From an uncultured Clostridium sp. (lineage in GTDB: Bacteria; Bacillota; Clostridia; TANB77; CAG-508), in the NCBI GenBank assembly GCA_948470605.1, contig CAOKPI010000002.1, forward strand, positions 19,015 through 83,014: 64,000 bases of DNA, in the 5' to 3' direction. Shown here piece after piece: positions 28,365 through 38,991 of this stretch (position 1 is its first letter; every line of letters begins with the position of its first letter). Made by a program: the position numbers and the translations under genes. The notes under the pieces were generated by a model, which saw nothing but the letters and a program-made list of their open reading frames with translations, was not told where the DNA came from and did not search any database.

Positions 28365-28970
28365 ATGTTAGAAAAAAATAGTTTAGTACCTTATGTAATT
28401 GAGCAAACAAGTAAAGGAGAGAGGTCTTATGATATTTTCTCAAGATTATTAAAAGACAGAATTATATTTTTAGGAGAAGATGTAAATCCAACTACATCTA
28501 GTTTAATCATTGCACAATTATTATTTTTGGAATCAGAAGACCCAGACAAAGACATTAATTTATATATTAATTCACCAGGAGGTTCTATTACAGATGGAAT
28601 GGGAATTATAGACACGATGAATTATATCAAATGTCCAGTTTCTACGATATGTGTAGGAATGGCGGCCAGTATGGGAGCAGCGCTTTTAGCAGCTGGGGAA
28701 AAAGGAAAGAGATTTGCCACACCAAATGCTGAAATTCTAATTCATCAACCATTAATTGGTGGTGGTGGAATTTCAGGGCAAACAACTGAAGTAAAAATTC
28801 ATGCAGACCACTTAGTAAAAACCAGAGATAAATTAAATAAATTCTTAAGTGATAGAACAGGTCAAACTATAGAAACGATCCAAAAAGATACAGAAAGAGA
28901 TAACTATATGACAGCAGAAGAAGCCTTAAAGTATGGCTTGATAGATGGTATTATGGATAAGAGAAAATAG
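28365..28970 (+). CDS. clpP: ATP-dependent Clp protease proteolytic subunit
   Basis: The catalytic-triad context is GMAASMGA (Ser), HQP (His) and a downstream Asp. A GGAGG RBS is present. Confidence 0.95.
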   Translation: MLEKNSLVPYVIEQTSKGERSYDIFSRLLKDRIIFLGEDVNPTTSSLIIAQLLFLESEDPDKDINLYINSPGGSITDGMGIIDTMNYIKCPVSTICVGMAASMGAALLAAGEKGKRFATPNAEILIHQPLIGGGGISGQTTEVKIHADHLVKTRDKLNKFLSDRTGQTIETIQKDTERDNYMTAEEALKYGLIDGIMDKRK

Positions 28971-28980
28971 AAAGAAAAAT

Positions 28981-29100
28981 GAGACAAGAGGGACAGATTT
29001 CTTTTGTCTCATAAATTTGGATAGAAAAATGTCGAATAAAGAAAATGATAAAAAACGACAAAAAATGTGAGACAAAAGAAACCTGTCCCTATTGTCTCAA
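28981..29100. repeat. 120-bp MITE-like element made of two 32-nt TGAGACAA..GGGACAG../..CTGTCCC..TTGTCTCA hairpins in mutually inverted orientation around a conserved 56-nt spacer, directly upstream of clpX
   Basis: Hairpin A lies at 28981-29012 and hairpin B at 29069-29100. The copy at 38295-38416 has about 90% similarity. Confidence 0.75.
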
Positions 29101-29121
29101 AGGAGAAAGGAAAAATAGAAA

Positions 29122-30447
29122 ATGGCGAAAAATGATACACCAAAAAGTGTGAGATGCTCTTTTTGTGGAAAAGCACAAGAAAATGTTAGAAAAATAGTCG
29201 CTGGACCAGGCGTATATATTTGTGATGAATGTGTAGAACTTTGTACCAGTATTATAGAAACAGAATTATATGATGACGAAAAAGCAGGATATACATTAAA
29301 TGAATTGAATGATATTCCTAGTCCTAAGGAGATTAAACAAGTATTGGATGATTATGTAATAGGGCAAGAAGAGGCGAAAAAGACGTTGTCAGTAGCTGTG
29401 TATAATCATTATAAAAGGGTTGCTCATGAGGAAAATGCTGCTAAAGATGATGTGGAAATTCAGAAAAGTAATATTTTGCTTTTGGGACCAACTGGTTGTG
29501 GAAAGACTTTATTGGCAAGAACTTTGGCTAAAATCTTAAATGTACCATTTGCTATAGCAGATGCGACTACCCTAACAGAAGCAGGGTATGTGGGAGAAGA
29601 TGTAGAAAACATCTTATTAAAGTTGATTCAAGCAGCGGATGGTGACATTGAAAAAGCGGAAAAAGGAATTATTTATATTGATGAAATTGATAAAATAACA
29701 AGAAAATCTGAAAATCCATCGATTACTAGGGATGTCAGCGGAGAGGGGGTGCAGCAAGCACTATTAAAAATTATTGAAGGAACCGTTGCATCTGTTCCAC
29801 CACAAGGGGGAAGAAAACATCCGAATCAAGAATTGCTTCAAATTAATACAGAAAATATATTAATTATTTGTGGAGGAGCTTTTGAAGGATTAGAAGACAT
29901 CATAAAAGATAGAACAGGAGAAAAAGCGATTGGATTTGGAAGCCAAATTAAGAGTAAAAAAGAAATCAAACAATATGAAATTTTCCAAGAATTATTGCCA
30001 CAAGATTTATTGAAATTTGGTTTGATACCAGAGTTTATAGGAAGATTACCAATTATTGCAACATTAAAAGAATTGGATAAAGAGGCTTTGGTTAAAATAT
30101 TGGTAGAACCTAAAAATGCATTAGTAAAACAATATCAAAAGTTATTCCAAATTGATGATGTGGAATTAAACTTTGAGCAAGAAGCCATTGAAGCAATTGT
30201 AGAAAAGGCAATTGAAAGAAAGACAGGAGCAAGGGGACTTCGTTCAATCATAGAGGAGATTATGAGAGATATTATGTATGAAATACCTTCTAATCCAAAT
30301 ATTGAGAAGTGTACTATAACAAAGGATACGGTTTTAAATCGAAAAGGACCAGAAACGGTTATTAATAAAGAAAAAACGGTTCGTAAACCAATGGTGAAAA
30401 AGAAAAGACAAGTGCCAGATAAACAGGATGAAAAAGAAACAGCGTAA
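29122..30447 (+). CDS. clpX: ATP-dependent Clp protease ATP-binding subunit ClpX
   Basis: The N-terminal zinc finger is CSFCGK..CDEC. The Walker A motif is GPTGCGKT. The IGF-like loop is GFG. Confidence 0.95.
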   Translation: MAKNDTPKSVRCSFCGKAQENVRKIVAGPGVYICDECVELCTSIIETELYDDEKAGYTLNELNDIPSPKEIKQVLDDYVIGQEEAKKTLSVAVYNHYKRVAHEENAAKDDVEIQKSNILLLGPTGCGKTLLARTLAKILNVPFAIADATTLTEAGYVGEDVENILLKLIQAADGDIEKAEKGIIYIDEIDKITRKSENPSITRDVSGEGVQQALLKIIEGTVASVPPQGGRKHPNQELLQINTENILIICGGAFEGLEDIIKDRTGEKAIGFGSQIKSKKEIKQYEIFQELLPQDLLKFGLIPEFIGRLPIIATLKELDKEALVKILVEPKNALVKQYQKLFQIDDVELNFEQEAIEAIVEKAIERKTGARGLRSIIEEIMRDIMYEIPSNPNIEKCTITKDTVLNRKGPETVINKEKTVRKPMVKKKRQVPDKQDEKETA

Positions 30448-30492
30448 GGCTGTTTTTTGTATATAAAAATTCTTGTTCAAAAAAAAGAATGA

Positions 30493-30521
30493 TTTGACAT
30501 TATGTAAAACAAATGATATAA
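30493..30521 (+). promoter_or_regulatory. consensus sigma-A promoter
   Basis: TTGACA, a 17-nt spacer, then TATAAT. Confidence 0.55.
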
Positions 30522-30567
30522 TAGGTATATCTTAAAAACTAACAACACTAGAAAGTGAGGTAGAAAA

Positions 30568-31182
30568 ATGGATAAAACATCAAAGAAAGTAACATCAAAC
30601 AAGTGGCGGATTGTCACAAATATAAGTTTTGGGGTGATTTTACTTGTATTATTTGTACTTACGTGCAAAATGGAATGTATCAATCAGCAATTGAAAAATA
30701 ACAATGCATTAATACAAGAAAATACAAGTGCATTGTTACAAGTAAGGAATGACACTATAAGAGCAGACTGTTACTGTGAACTAATTCACTATGCCAATGA
30801 CGAGGAAGATGAGAAAAGAGGAATACCTAAGTATGATTATTTCACAACGGAGTATGGTACACTTAATATAAATCCATCTGACAATGTGTATGAAGCAAAA
30901 AAAAGAAAAAATTTGCTATATACATCAGAAGAGGTTCCTTCAGAGATTAAATTTCGTTTTACAAATGAACTTCTTGGTTTTTATGAGAATTATCAGTTTG
31001 TCGCCATTTCACCTAATGGTGAAGAGCAGATAATTAAACCCGTCAAACTCGAATGGGATCATGGTCCTGGTACAGGTTTTAGAATATGGCAATTTAAATT
31101 ATGCGAACGAGGGACATATATCATCGACTTGAGAAATTTAGATGATACGACTCAACACCAATACTTTTCCTTAATTTGGTAA
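30568..31182 (+). CDS. hypothetical membrane-anchored protein (N-terminal TM, ~170-aa extracytoplasmic domain); uses an in-frame CGG Arg codon
   Basis: 204-aa ORF with an RBS and a TM helix at residues 14-33. No known domain was recognised. Confidence 0.5.
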   Translation: MDKTSKKVTSNKWRIVTNISFGVILLVLFVLTCKMECINQQLKNNNALIQENTSALLQVRNDTIRADCYCELIHYANDEEDEKRGIPKYDYFTTEYGTLNINPSDNVYEAKKRKNLLYTSEEVPSEIKFRFTNELLGFYENYQFVAISPNGEEQIIKPVKLEWDHGPGTGFRIWQFKLCERGTYIIDLRNLDDTTQHQYFSLIW

Positions 31183-31443
31183 ATTTATTGCAAACATGAG
31201 AAAAGGCTACATACAAATGTATGGAGTCTTTTTCTCTTACCAACTATTTTTGATTTTAGCGGAATTAGAAAAAATGAAAGAGAATACAGAAGAATATTCT
31301 CATCAAGATGAAATAGGTGTAGATACAAATCCATTTTCTAGCGATTATGAAGATGCGAATACATAAATAAATTACAAAAAGATAAAAAGAAGTTATCTAA
31401 ATTAGATAAAACAGAATATATTAAATCAAAGGAGGAATCCACC

Positions 31444-31938
31444 ATGAAATATATTCCATACAACAGACCAGCAGTCGTAAACTATGCACAAAAATGGGCC
31501 TTTTCACGAAATCCTAAATACTATAATTTTGACAATGTAGGAGGAGACTGCACCAGTTTTGCTTCCCAATGCATTTATGCAGGAAGTCAAAAAATGAATT
31601 ACACAAAAGATTTCGGTTGGTATTACATCAATGGCAATAACAAATCGCCATCCTGGAGTGGAGTTGAATACTTACATCAATTTTTAATAAACAATAAAGG
31701 GATTGGACCGCAAGCAATTGAAACCGCTCAAAATAAAATAGAAATAGGAGACATTGCACAATTATTATTTGAAGGAGAACAATTTGGTCATACTTTAGTC
31801 ATTGTTGCTATTCAAAATAAGTTTACATTACAAGGTATTAAAATTGCTTCTCATACATTAGATAGTTTTGATAAACCAATAGCAGAGTACAATTTCCAAA
31901 AAATTAGATGGCTCCATATTGAAAAAATAGGTGTTTAA
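31444..31938 (+). CDS. putative amidase-domain protein (papain-like Cys/His fold related to NlpC/P60/CHAP; 'Amidase_6'-like)
   Basis: The Cys motif is GGDCTSFASQCIYAG. The His context is FGHTLVIVAI. A GGAGG RBS is present. Confidence 0.55.
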   Translation: MKYIPYNRPAVVNYAQKWAFSRNPKYYNFDNVGGDCTSFASQCIYAGSQKMNYTKDFGWYYINGNNKSPSWSGVEYLHQFLINNKGIGPQAIETAQNKIEIGDIAQLLFEGEQFGHTLVIVAIQNKFTLQGIKIASHTLDSFDKPIAEYNFQKIRWLHIEKIGV

Positions 31939-32014
31939 GAGAAAATTAATATTTTCTCTATTTTTTATTCATAAAGTTTGTGATATACTTAAGACAACAA
32001 AGGGGAAATGAAAA

Positions 32015-32710
32015 ATGTATAATATATTAGTTGTAGATGATGATAAAGAAATTGTAGGAGCCATTGAAATTTACTTAAAAAAAGAAGGATATAACATATT
32101 AAAAGCATACAATGGAAAGCAAGCACTAAAAGTCATACAAGAAAATGAAATTCATCTTGTTATATTAGATATCATGATGCCAGAAAAAGATGGAATTGAA
32201 ACATTAGAAGAAATCAGAAAAGATAAAAGCATACCAGTTATTTTGTTATCTGCCAAATCAGAAGATTATGACAAAATAGGAGGATTGAATTCAGGAGCAG
32301 ATGATTATATTACGAAACCATTTAATCCATTAGAATTAATTGCCAGAGTCAATTCCCATTTAAGGAGATATGTCAGTTTAGGTTCGCTAGAAAAAAGAGA
32401 TAGTAGCAAAATTTATCAAACTGGTGAATTAATCATCAATGATGAAACTAAAATCGTAACAGTAGATGGAAAAGAAGTTAAATTGACAGCAACCGAATTT
32501 AATATTTTAAAATTTTTATTGGAAAACAAAGGCAAAGTATATTCGATACCAGAAATTTATGAAAATGTGTGGAAAGAAGAAGGTTTTGGAGCAGAAAATA
32601 TTATTGCAGTTCATATTAGACATATTCGAGAAAAGATAGAAATTAATCCCAAAGACCCGAAATATCTAAAGGTGATTTGGGGAGTTGGCTATAAAATAGA
32701 AAATATTTAG
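32015..32710 (+). CDS. OmpR/PhoB-family response regulator
   Basis: The receiver domain has VVDDD.. and LDIMMP. The winged-helix output domain has LTATEFNILKFLLENKGKVYS and VHIRHIREKIE. Confidence 0.9.
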   Translation: MYNILVVDDDKEIVGAIEIYLKKEGYNILKAYNGKQALKVIQENEIHLVILDIMMPEKDGIETLEEIRKDKSIPVILLSAKSEDYDKIGGLNSGADDYITKPFNPLELIARVNSHLRRYVSLGSLEKRDSSKIYQTGELIINDETKIVTVDGKEVKLTATEFNILKFLLENKGKVYSIPEIYENVWKEEGFGAENIIAVHIRHIREKIEINPKDPKYLKVIWGVGYKIENI

Positions 32711-32713
32711 GAA

Positions 32714-32746
32714 ATGTGGGACATTATCTACGTCCCCATGTCCCAA
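32714..32746. repeat. REP-like hairpin TGGGACAT-TATCTACGTCCCC-ATGTCCCA between the response regulator and the kinase
   Basis: It contains the reverse complement of GGGGACGTAGATA, the same core as the elements at 51877-51904 and 53414-53448. Confidence 0.65.
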
Positions 32747-32757
32747 AGGAGGTAGTA

Positions 32758-34801
32758 ATGGAAAAAGCGAGAGAATCCAGTGTATTAAAAATTTTGTGTT
32801 ATATTCTTATCCCAATATTAGTAGCAATATTAGGGCTTAGTATATTGCATATGACATTTTTAAGTGAATTTGAAATTACAGAAGGACAAACGCAGTATTC
32901 AGAAACAGAAAATTTTGCTAATAATTATTTGTATTTTTTTATCAATAAAATACAACAGTGTCAAAATGTAGAACAATTAGATGATGAGGTAGAACAATAT
33001 AGTAATTTTTTGAACTTAGAAGACTCACAAGGCAATACCTTTTATTATTTGAATAATCAAAGAAATTTTAACTATTATAATGGAATAGATGCTTATATTA
33101 ATTATGTAATTATTGATAGACAGACGCGGAAAAATGTTTACCAACATAAAGAGTAATAATTATGAAGAAGTAAAAAACAACATGAAACATCAAGAGATAT
33201 ATTGGAATTGTGTCAATCATAAAATAGAAACAAATTTAACTTATATCAATGAAGATAACATCAAATATAATTATAATTATCGTAATTCTAGTTATGGTAG
33301 TAACCATTCACAAAAAACCAAAGAATTCGGAGATTATGATATTTATAGTTCTTATCAAGAAGATAAAACACTACAAGCAACTAATTTTTTATTCAATAAA
33401 AATGTGTATGATTTTATGTTACAGCATAATCAATTACCAATTTTTAGTTGCTTGATAAGTGTTATAGGATTGATTGTTATAGCGATTTATCTTTTTTGGG
33501 CAATTGGGTATCAAAAAGGAGAAAAAGGAATTAGTTTAAATTCTATTGACAAAGTACCTTATGAAATAATTTGTATCATCAGTTTTAATGTTTTAGCGAT
33601 AGCAATTACCGTTCTTGTAAATGCTTTTGATATATATACGTATTACGTAGTGGCAATCTTTTATCTAATAGCTTATGTAATCGGATATCTAGCATGTGCT
33701 ATATGGGGAATTACCACCATAAAAAGAATCAAAGCAAAAACATTTTGGAAAAGTTTTATAAGTTATAAGGTGATAAAGTGGCTTTATCAAAAGATAAAGA
33801 AATGTATCAGTGAAATGGAACAAAAAACATCTTCTAGTAAAAAAGTTTTCTGGTATTATTGGGGATTTGTTGTTATTAGTGTTGTTTTAGCTACTATGAT
33901 AGGAACTGGCATCAGTCTGATTTTATTAGGAGGATTTTGGCTTTGGGTATTTTATCGACTAAGAAGATATAACAGACAGCAAGGGGAAATAAAAGAAGCT
34001 TTAGAAAAAATTTATGAAGGAAAAACCGATATTTATTTAGATAAGGAAGAAATGGAAGGTATTTTAAAAGAAATGACAGTCTATATCAATGATATAGCAG
34101 GTGGTTTCTCAAATGCAATTGAAGAAAGCTTGCAATCAGAAAGATTAAAAACCGAATTGATTACCAATGTATCACATGATATCAAAACACCATTAACGTC
34201 TATTATTAACTATGTGGATTTATTGAAAAAGGAAGAGATTCCAAACGAAAAAGTAAAAGAATACATTGACATTTTAGATAAGAAATCTTACCGATTAAAG
34301 AAACTAACAGAAGATTTAGTAGAAGCCTCTAAGGTATCTTCTGGTAATGTGAAATTAAATATCGAAGAAATTAATTTAAAAGAACTGATTCATCAAAGCA
34401 TCGGGGAGTTCAAAGACCGATTGGAAGCAAAAGATTTACAAATAGAAATCAGTATGCCAGAGGAAGATATTAAAATACAAGCCGATAATCGTTATATGTA
34501 TCGTGTGATTGAGAATTTATTGAGTAATATTACCAAATATGCATTAGATGGTTCCAGAGTGTATATTGATTTGAAAAAGGAAAAAAACAAGATAGAAGTT
34601 AGTATGAAAAATATTTCAAAAGATAAGTTAAATATTAGTAGTGATGAGTTAATGCAAAGATTTGTGAGAGGTGATAAGTCAAGATATACAGAGGGTAGTG
34701 GTTTGGGATTATCTATTGCTAAGAGTTTGACAGAATTACAAGATGGCAAGTTTATGATTCATATTGATGGGGATTTGTTTAAGGTGGTTATGGAATGGTG
34801 A
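32758..34801 (+). pseudogene. sensor histidine kinase (TM1, extracytoplasmic domain, 5 TM, HisKA, HATPase_c) disrupted by a +1 frameshift at CGG 33127-33129
   Basis: Frame 1 (MEKARESS..IIDRQTRKN..*) overlaps frame 2 (..IDRRGKMFTNIK..) by 44 nt. The H-box is SHDIKTPL and the N/G boxes are NLLSNITKYA and GSGLGLSIAK. Reading CAG ACG (C)GGA AAA restores ..RQTGKMFTNIK... Confidence 0.8.
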
Positions 34802-34957
34802 CATGATATAAAATTATTTTGACCAATTTGATAATAATAATCCAAAAACCTTGAAAGAAAAAACAAAAGTATGATAGAATAAAAAATGGTAAAAGAGTAG
34901 ATGCTAAAATAATTCTTTTCCGACCAGATTTGTGACTAGGAAGGAATGAAATAAACC

Positions 34958-35638
34958 ATGAAAAAATTAATTGCCATTATCATAATTTTAGTAATCATTT
35001 TTGTGGGTATGGTTGTATACAAAAACGTTGCTATCAATACTAGCAATAACATTAGTATACAAGAAATCAGCCAAATAGAAACTTATATAACCAAAATTTA
35101 TATGTGGAAAGAAATAACAGGACAAGCACTACCAAACTTTGAGGATATTAATCAAGCAGAAGATGTATGGATATGGGAAGTAGTCAAAAAAAACTTAGAA
35201 GATTATGAATTTTTTTACGAAGAGATACAAGAAAAAGCAAAAGACCTATTTGGAGAAAGATTGACAAAGGAATTTCCAAAAGAAGGAACCGAATATATTA
35301 TCTATGATGAAAAAAACGATAAATATTATGCCGTGGGAATGGGATTAGACCAATTAGAGGATTTGTTTTTATTAAATGAAATTCAAAAAACACCAAATGG
35401 ATACGAGGTGGAAATCATTGAGTATTTAGAAGACTATTCACAGACATTAAATGAAGAAGATGATTTTGTTATTATTAGAAATATAAAGGAAGAAGAAATT
35501 GGGAGAGTTAATAGTACAGAGGAAGAAAAAGTAAAAGAAATGGTTAAGAATCATATAGATAAATTGAGTAAAAAAAAGATAGTTTTAAAATTAGAGAATG
35601 AAAAGTTACAGGTAGAGAAAGTTTATGAAATAGAATGA
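34958..35638 (+). CDS. hypothetical membrane-anchored protein
   Basis: 226-aa ORF with an N-terminal TM helix. The remainder is acidic. Confidence 0.45.
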   Translation: MKKLIAIIIILVIIFVGMVVYKNVAINTSNNISIQEISQIETYITKIYMWKEITGQALPNFEDINQAEDVWIWEVVKKNLEDYEFFYEEIQEKAKDLFGERLTKEFPKEGTEYIIYDEKNDKYYAVGMGLDQLEDLFLLNEIQKTPNGYEVEIIEYLEDYSQTLNEEDDFVIIRNIKEEEIGRVNSTEEEKVKEMVKNHIDKLSKKKIVLKLENEKLQVEKVYEIE

Positions 35639-35661
35639 TTTTGGGGACGGAGGAAAAAATC

Positions 35662-36573
35662 ATGATGGGAGATGGAATGTTACAAGGATTAGAAAAATGC
35701 AAAATATGCCCACATGAATGTCAAGTCAATCGAAATAAGGAGAAGGTGGGAAGATGTAGAGCAACAGACAAAGTACGAATTGCTTTATATAGTACACATG
35801 ATTTTGAGGAACCATGTATTAGTGGAGAAAAAGGCTCTGGGACAGTCTTTTTTTCAAATTGCAATTTGAATTGTATTTATTGTCAAAATTATGAAATCAG
35901 TCAATTAGGTAAAGGAAAAGATATTACCATAGAAGAATTAGCTGATATTTTTTTAAAGCAACAAGAAAATGGAGTAGAAAATATTAATTTGGTAACACCT
36001 ACTAGTTATGTGTTGCAAATCATAGAAGCAATAAAAATAGCAAAACGAAAAGGATTGATTATCCCTATTGTATACAATACAAATGCTTACGAGAAAGTCG
36101 AAACACTAAAATTATTAGAAGGATATATCGATATTTATTTACCGGATTTAAAATATGCAGAAGACAGTTTAGGAGTGGAATATTCTAACATAAATGATTA
36201 TTTTGAGATAGCGACAGAAGCAATTCAAGAAATGATTCGACAAGTGGGAATACCAAAATTGAATGAAAAGGGTATCATGCAAAAAGGCGTTATGGTTAGG
36301 CATTTAGTTCTGCCCAATTATCTTGAAAACAGTAAAAAAGTTTTAAAATGGATAAAAGAAGATTTGCCAAGTAAAATATATGTTAGCATTATGGCTCAAT
36401 ATTTTCCAACTTATCAGGCTAAAAAAGTGAAAAAGCTAAATCGAAAATTATCAAAACAGGAATGGCAAGAAATACAAGAGTACATAGAAGAATTAGGAAT
36501 TGATAATGGTTATGTGCAAGAACTGGGAGAACATGAGGAGGAATATGTGCCAAAATGGGAATTTGATAAGTAA
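35662..36573 (+). CDS. radical SAM protein, PflX-like (pyruvate formate-lyase activating enzyme homologue family)
   Basis: An N-terminal Cys cluster is present at CKICPHEC..GRC. The radical SAM motif is CNLNCIYCQN. Confidence 0.65.
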   Translation: MMGDGMLQGLEKCKICPHECQVNRNKEKVGRCRATDKVRIALYSTHDFEEPCISGEKGSGTVFFSNCNLNCIYCQNYEISQLGKGKDITIEELADIFLKQQENGVENINLVTPTSYVLQIIEAIKIAKRKGLIIPIVYNTNAYEKVETLKLLEGYIDIYLPDLKYAEDSLGVEYSNINDYFEIATEAIQEMIRQVGIPKLNEKGIMQKGVMVRHLVLPNYLENSKKVLKWIKEDLPSKIYVSIMAQYFPTYQAKKVKKLNRKLSKQEWQEIQEYIEELGIDNGYVQELGEHEEEYVPKWEFDK

Positions 36574-36864
36574 TGTCGAAAATTGCGATGAAAATAAATT
36601 GAATTTGCTTGCAGTTGGAGATAATTGTTTGTATAATAGAAATAAGTTTTATCAATTAGGGGGTTTTTAAGCTTTAGTAGAAGCATGATTCCCTTTTTTA
36701 TGTCAAATTTTAAATCGTTGTAGTTCAGTCATAGTAACTTTTATAAGAATTTGTTTTTGTAGTTAGAACAGACTGGAACTTTAAATCGAAATAAAAATCA
36801 AAAAAGTGTAAAAATAATTGACAATACGTATCATACGTAGTAAAATAAGAAAGAAGGCGATTCA

Positions 36865-36948
36865 TTGAAATTTAAACAAATAGAAAAACTCTTATTAAAA
36901 GATGGTTGGTATCTATATAAAATTAAAGCAAGTAGGCTTAAAAGATAA
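36865..36948 (+). pseudogene. hicA: truncated hicA toxin remnant (27 codons)
   Basis: LKFKQIEKLLLKDGWYLYKIKAS matches the HicA N-terminal dsRBD-like region but stops before the catalytic GSHH region. An RBS is present. It lies immediately upstream of hicB. Confidence 0.35.
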
Positions 36949-36966
36949 AGTGAAGGAGTGTAAAAT

Positions 36967-37377
36967 ATGAAATTAGTTTATCCAGCAAATTTTTATTATG
37001 AAGAAGATGGAGGATATAGTGTAGAAATACCAGATTTATTAGGGTGTGTAACACAAGGAGAAAATTTAGAAGAAGCTATGGAAATGGCACAAGATGCGGC
37101 ATTAGGATGGATATTAACAGCTATTGAAGCAGAAGAAGAAATACCAAAACCATCACAAATAGAACAAATCAAATTAGAAGGAAATGGATTTAAGACATTA
37201 CTTTTATTAGATATTGACCAATATACCGAAAAATATGGAACAAAAAAATCGATTAAGAAAACATTGACAATTCCAGAATGGCTAAATAAAAGAGCGGAGA
37301 AAATAGGAATTAATTTTTCACAAGTATTACAAGAGTCTCTATTAAATAAAATTGTAAAAACAGAACGAAAAAAGTAG
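36967..37377 (+). CDS. hicB: HicB-family antitoxin (UPF0150 N-domain plus C-terminal DNA-binding tail)
   Basis: The HicB fold signature is YPANFYYEEDGGYSVEIPDLLGCVTQGENLEEAMEMAQDAL. Confidence 0.7.
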   Translation: MKLVYPANFYYEEDGGYSVEIPDLLGCVTQGENLEEAMEMAQDAALGWILTAIEAEEEIPKPSQIEQIKLEGNGFKTLLLLDIDQYTEKYGTKKSIKKTLTIPEWLNKRAEKIGINFSQVLQESLLNKIVKTERKK

Positions 37378-37435
37378 AAATTTAAATCATAATATGATAT
37401 ACTTTGAAAAACAGCAAATAAAGGGAGGAATAAAA

Positions 37436-38293
37436 GTGACACAAGCAGACAAGCATTTTATAGAAACCTGTAAAGAAATTATTGAAAATGGTTATTCATC
37501 AGAAGGAACCAATGTACGTACTAGATGGGAAGATGGAACCGAAGCAAATTATGTATCCATCTTAGGAGTGTCCAATCAATACGATGTGGGAAAAGAATTT
37601 CCCATGATTACTTTAAGAAACAATACCAATACCGTAAAAAGAGCAATTGATGAAGTATTATGGATATGGCAAAAAAAATCCAATAAAATTGAAGAATTAA
37701 ATTCACATATCTGGGACCAATGGGCAGATAGTGAAGGAACCATCGGAAAAGCCTATGGTTATCAAATGGGAAAAAAGTACGAATTTAAGACAAAAGAAGG
37801 AATCCAAGAAATGGACCAAGTAGATTATGTCTTATATTTATTAAAAAACGACCCATCGAGTCGTAGAATTATGACTAACATATTTAATCATGCAGAATTA
37901 AAAGATATGAATTTAGAACCATGTGTATATGGCACACAATGGTTAGTAAAACAAGGAAAATTACACCTAATTTTAAATCAACGTTCACAAGATATGCTAG
38001 CAGCAAATGGCTGGAATGTCATGCAATATGCAGCAATACAATATATGTTCGCACAAGTAGCAGAATTAGAGATGGGAACTTTAACCCACAATATAGGAGA
38101 TTGTCATATTTATGATAGACATATACCTTTAGTAAAAAAATTAATAGAAGCAGAAAGTATGGACGCTCATCCAAAACTAATCATAAAAAATCCAACGAAA
38201 AATTTCTATGATTTTAAAGTAGAGGATTTCGAAATAGAAGGATATGCTTATAATAAAACAGTTAAATTAGGAAAAATTCCAGTAGCGGAATAA
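37436..38293 (+). CDS. thyA: thymidylate synthase (ThyA, long form)
   Basis: The active-site Cys lies in LEPCVYGTQWL. Further motifs are LNQRSQDMLAANGWN and GDCHIYDRH. The start is GTG with a GGGAGG RBS. Confidence 0.9.
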   Translation: MTQADKHFIETCKEIIENGYSSEGTNVRTRWEDGTEANYVSILGVSNQYDVGKEFPMITLRNNTNTVKRAIDEVLWIWQKKSNKIEELNSHIWDQWADSEGTIGKAYGYQMGKKYEFKTKEGIQEMDQVDYVLYLLKNDPSSRRIMTNIFNHAELKDMNLEPCVYGTQWLVKQGKLHLILNQRSQDMLAANGWNVMQYAAIQYMFAQVAELEMGTLTHNIGDCHIYDRHIPLVKKLIEAESMDAHPKLIIKNPTKNFYDFKVEDFEIEGYAYNKTVKLGKIPVAE

Positions 38294-38294
38294 A

Positions 38295-38416
38295 ATGAGA
38301 CAATGGGGACAGGTTTGAATTGTCTCATAAATTAAGTAGAAAAATGTCAAAATAAGAAGAAGACACAAAAAGTGACAAAAAAAGTGAGACAATTGAAACC
38401 TGTCCCTATTGTCTCA
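38295..38416. repeat. second full copy of the 120-bp double-hairpin TGAGACAA element, between thyA and folA
   Basis: Hairpin A lies at 38295-38327 and hairpin B at 38385-38416. The spacer is about 85% identical to the copy at 28981-29100. Confidence 0.75.
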
Positions 38417-38436
38417 AAAAGGGAGGAAAGTAACAG

Positions 38437-38931
38437 ATGTTAAGTATCGTAGTAGCAAAAGCAAAAAATAATATTATAGGAAGAGAAAATAAATTAGTAT
38501 GGAAATTACCAGCAGATTTACAACATTTTAAAGAATTAACAACTGGACATGTTATCATTATGGGAAGAAAAACGTTTGAATCATTAGGAAGAGTATTACC
38601 CAATAGAAAACATATTGTTTTTAGTCAAAATCCTGATTTTAAGGTAAATGATGAAAATGTACAAGTGGTTCATTCGATGTTAGAAATACAACAATATATA
38701 GAAGATGAAAAGGAGAATTTTGTTATTGGTGGTGCCATGATTTATAATTTGTTGATGCCACATATAACGAAAATGTATGTAACAGAAATTGAGGAAGAAT
38801 TTGAAGGAGATGCTTTTTTTCCAAGAATTAATACAGAAATTTGGCAAGAAACCAGTAGAGAGAAAGGTCCAAAAGATGAAAAAAATAATTTAGATTATGA
38901 CTACGTAACCTATGAGAAAATAGTAAAATAG
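38437..38931 (+). CDS. folA: dihydrofolate reductase
   Basis: It has the motifs IVAKAKNNIIGRENKLVWKLPADLQHFK and GRKTFES. It is 164 aa. Confidence 0.9.
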   Translation: MLSIVVAKAKNNIIGRENKLVWKLPADLQHFKELTTGHVIIMGRKTFESLGRVLPNRKHIVFSQNPDFKVNDENVQVVHSMLEIQQYIEDEKENFVIGGAMIYNLLMPHITKMYVTEIEEEFEGDAFFPRINTEIWQETSREKGPKDEKNNLDYDYVTYEKIVK

Positions 38932-38991
38932 AGAGAACTACATGTTGCAAGCAAACAAATATCTTGTTCATGGGGAAGGACTGATAGAAAA

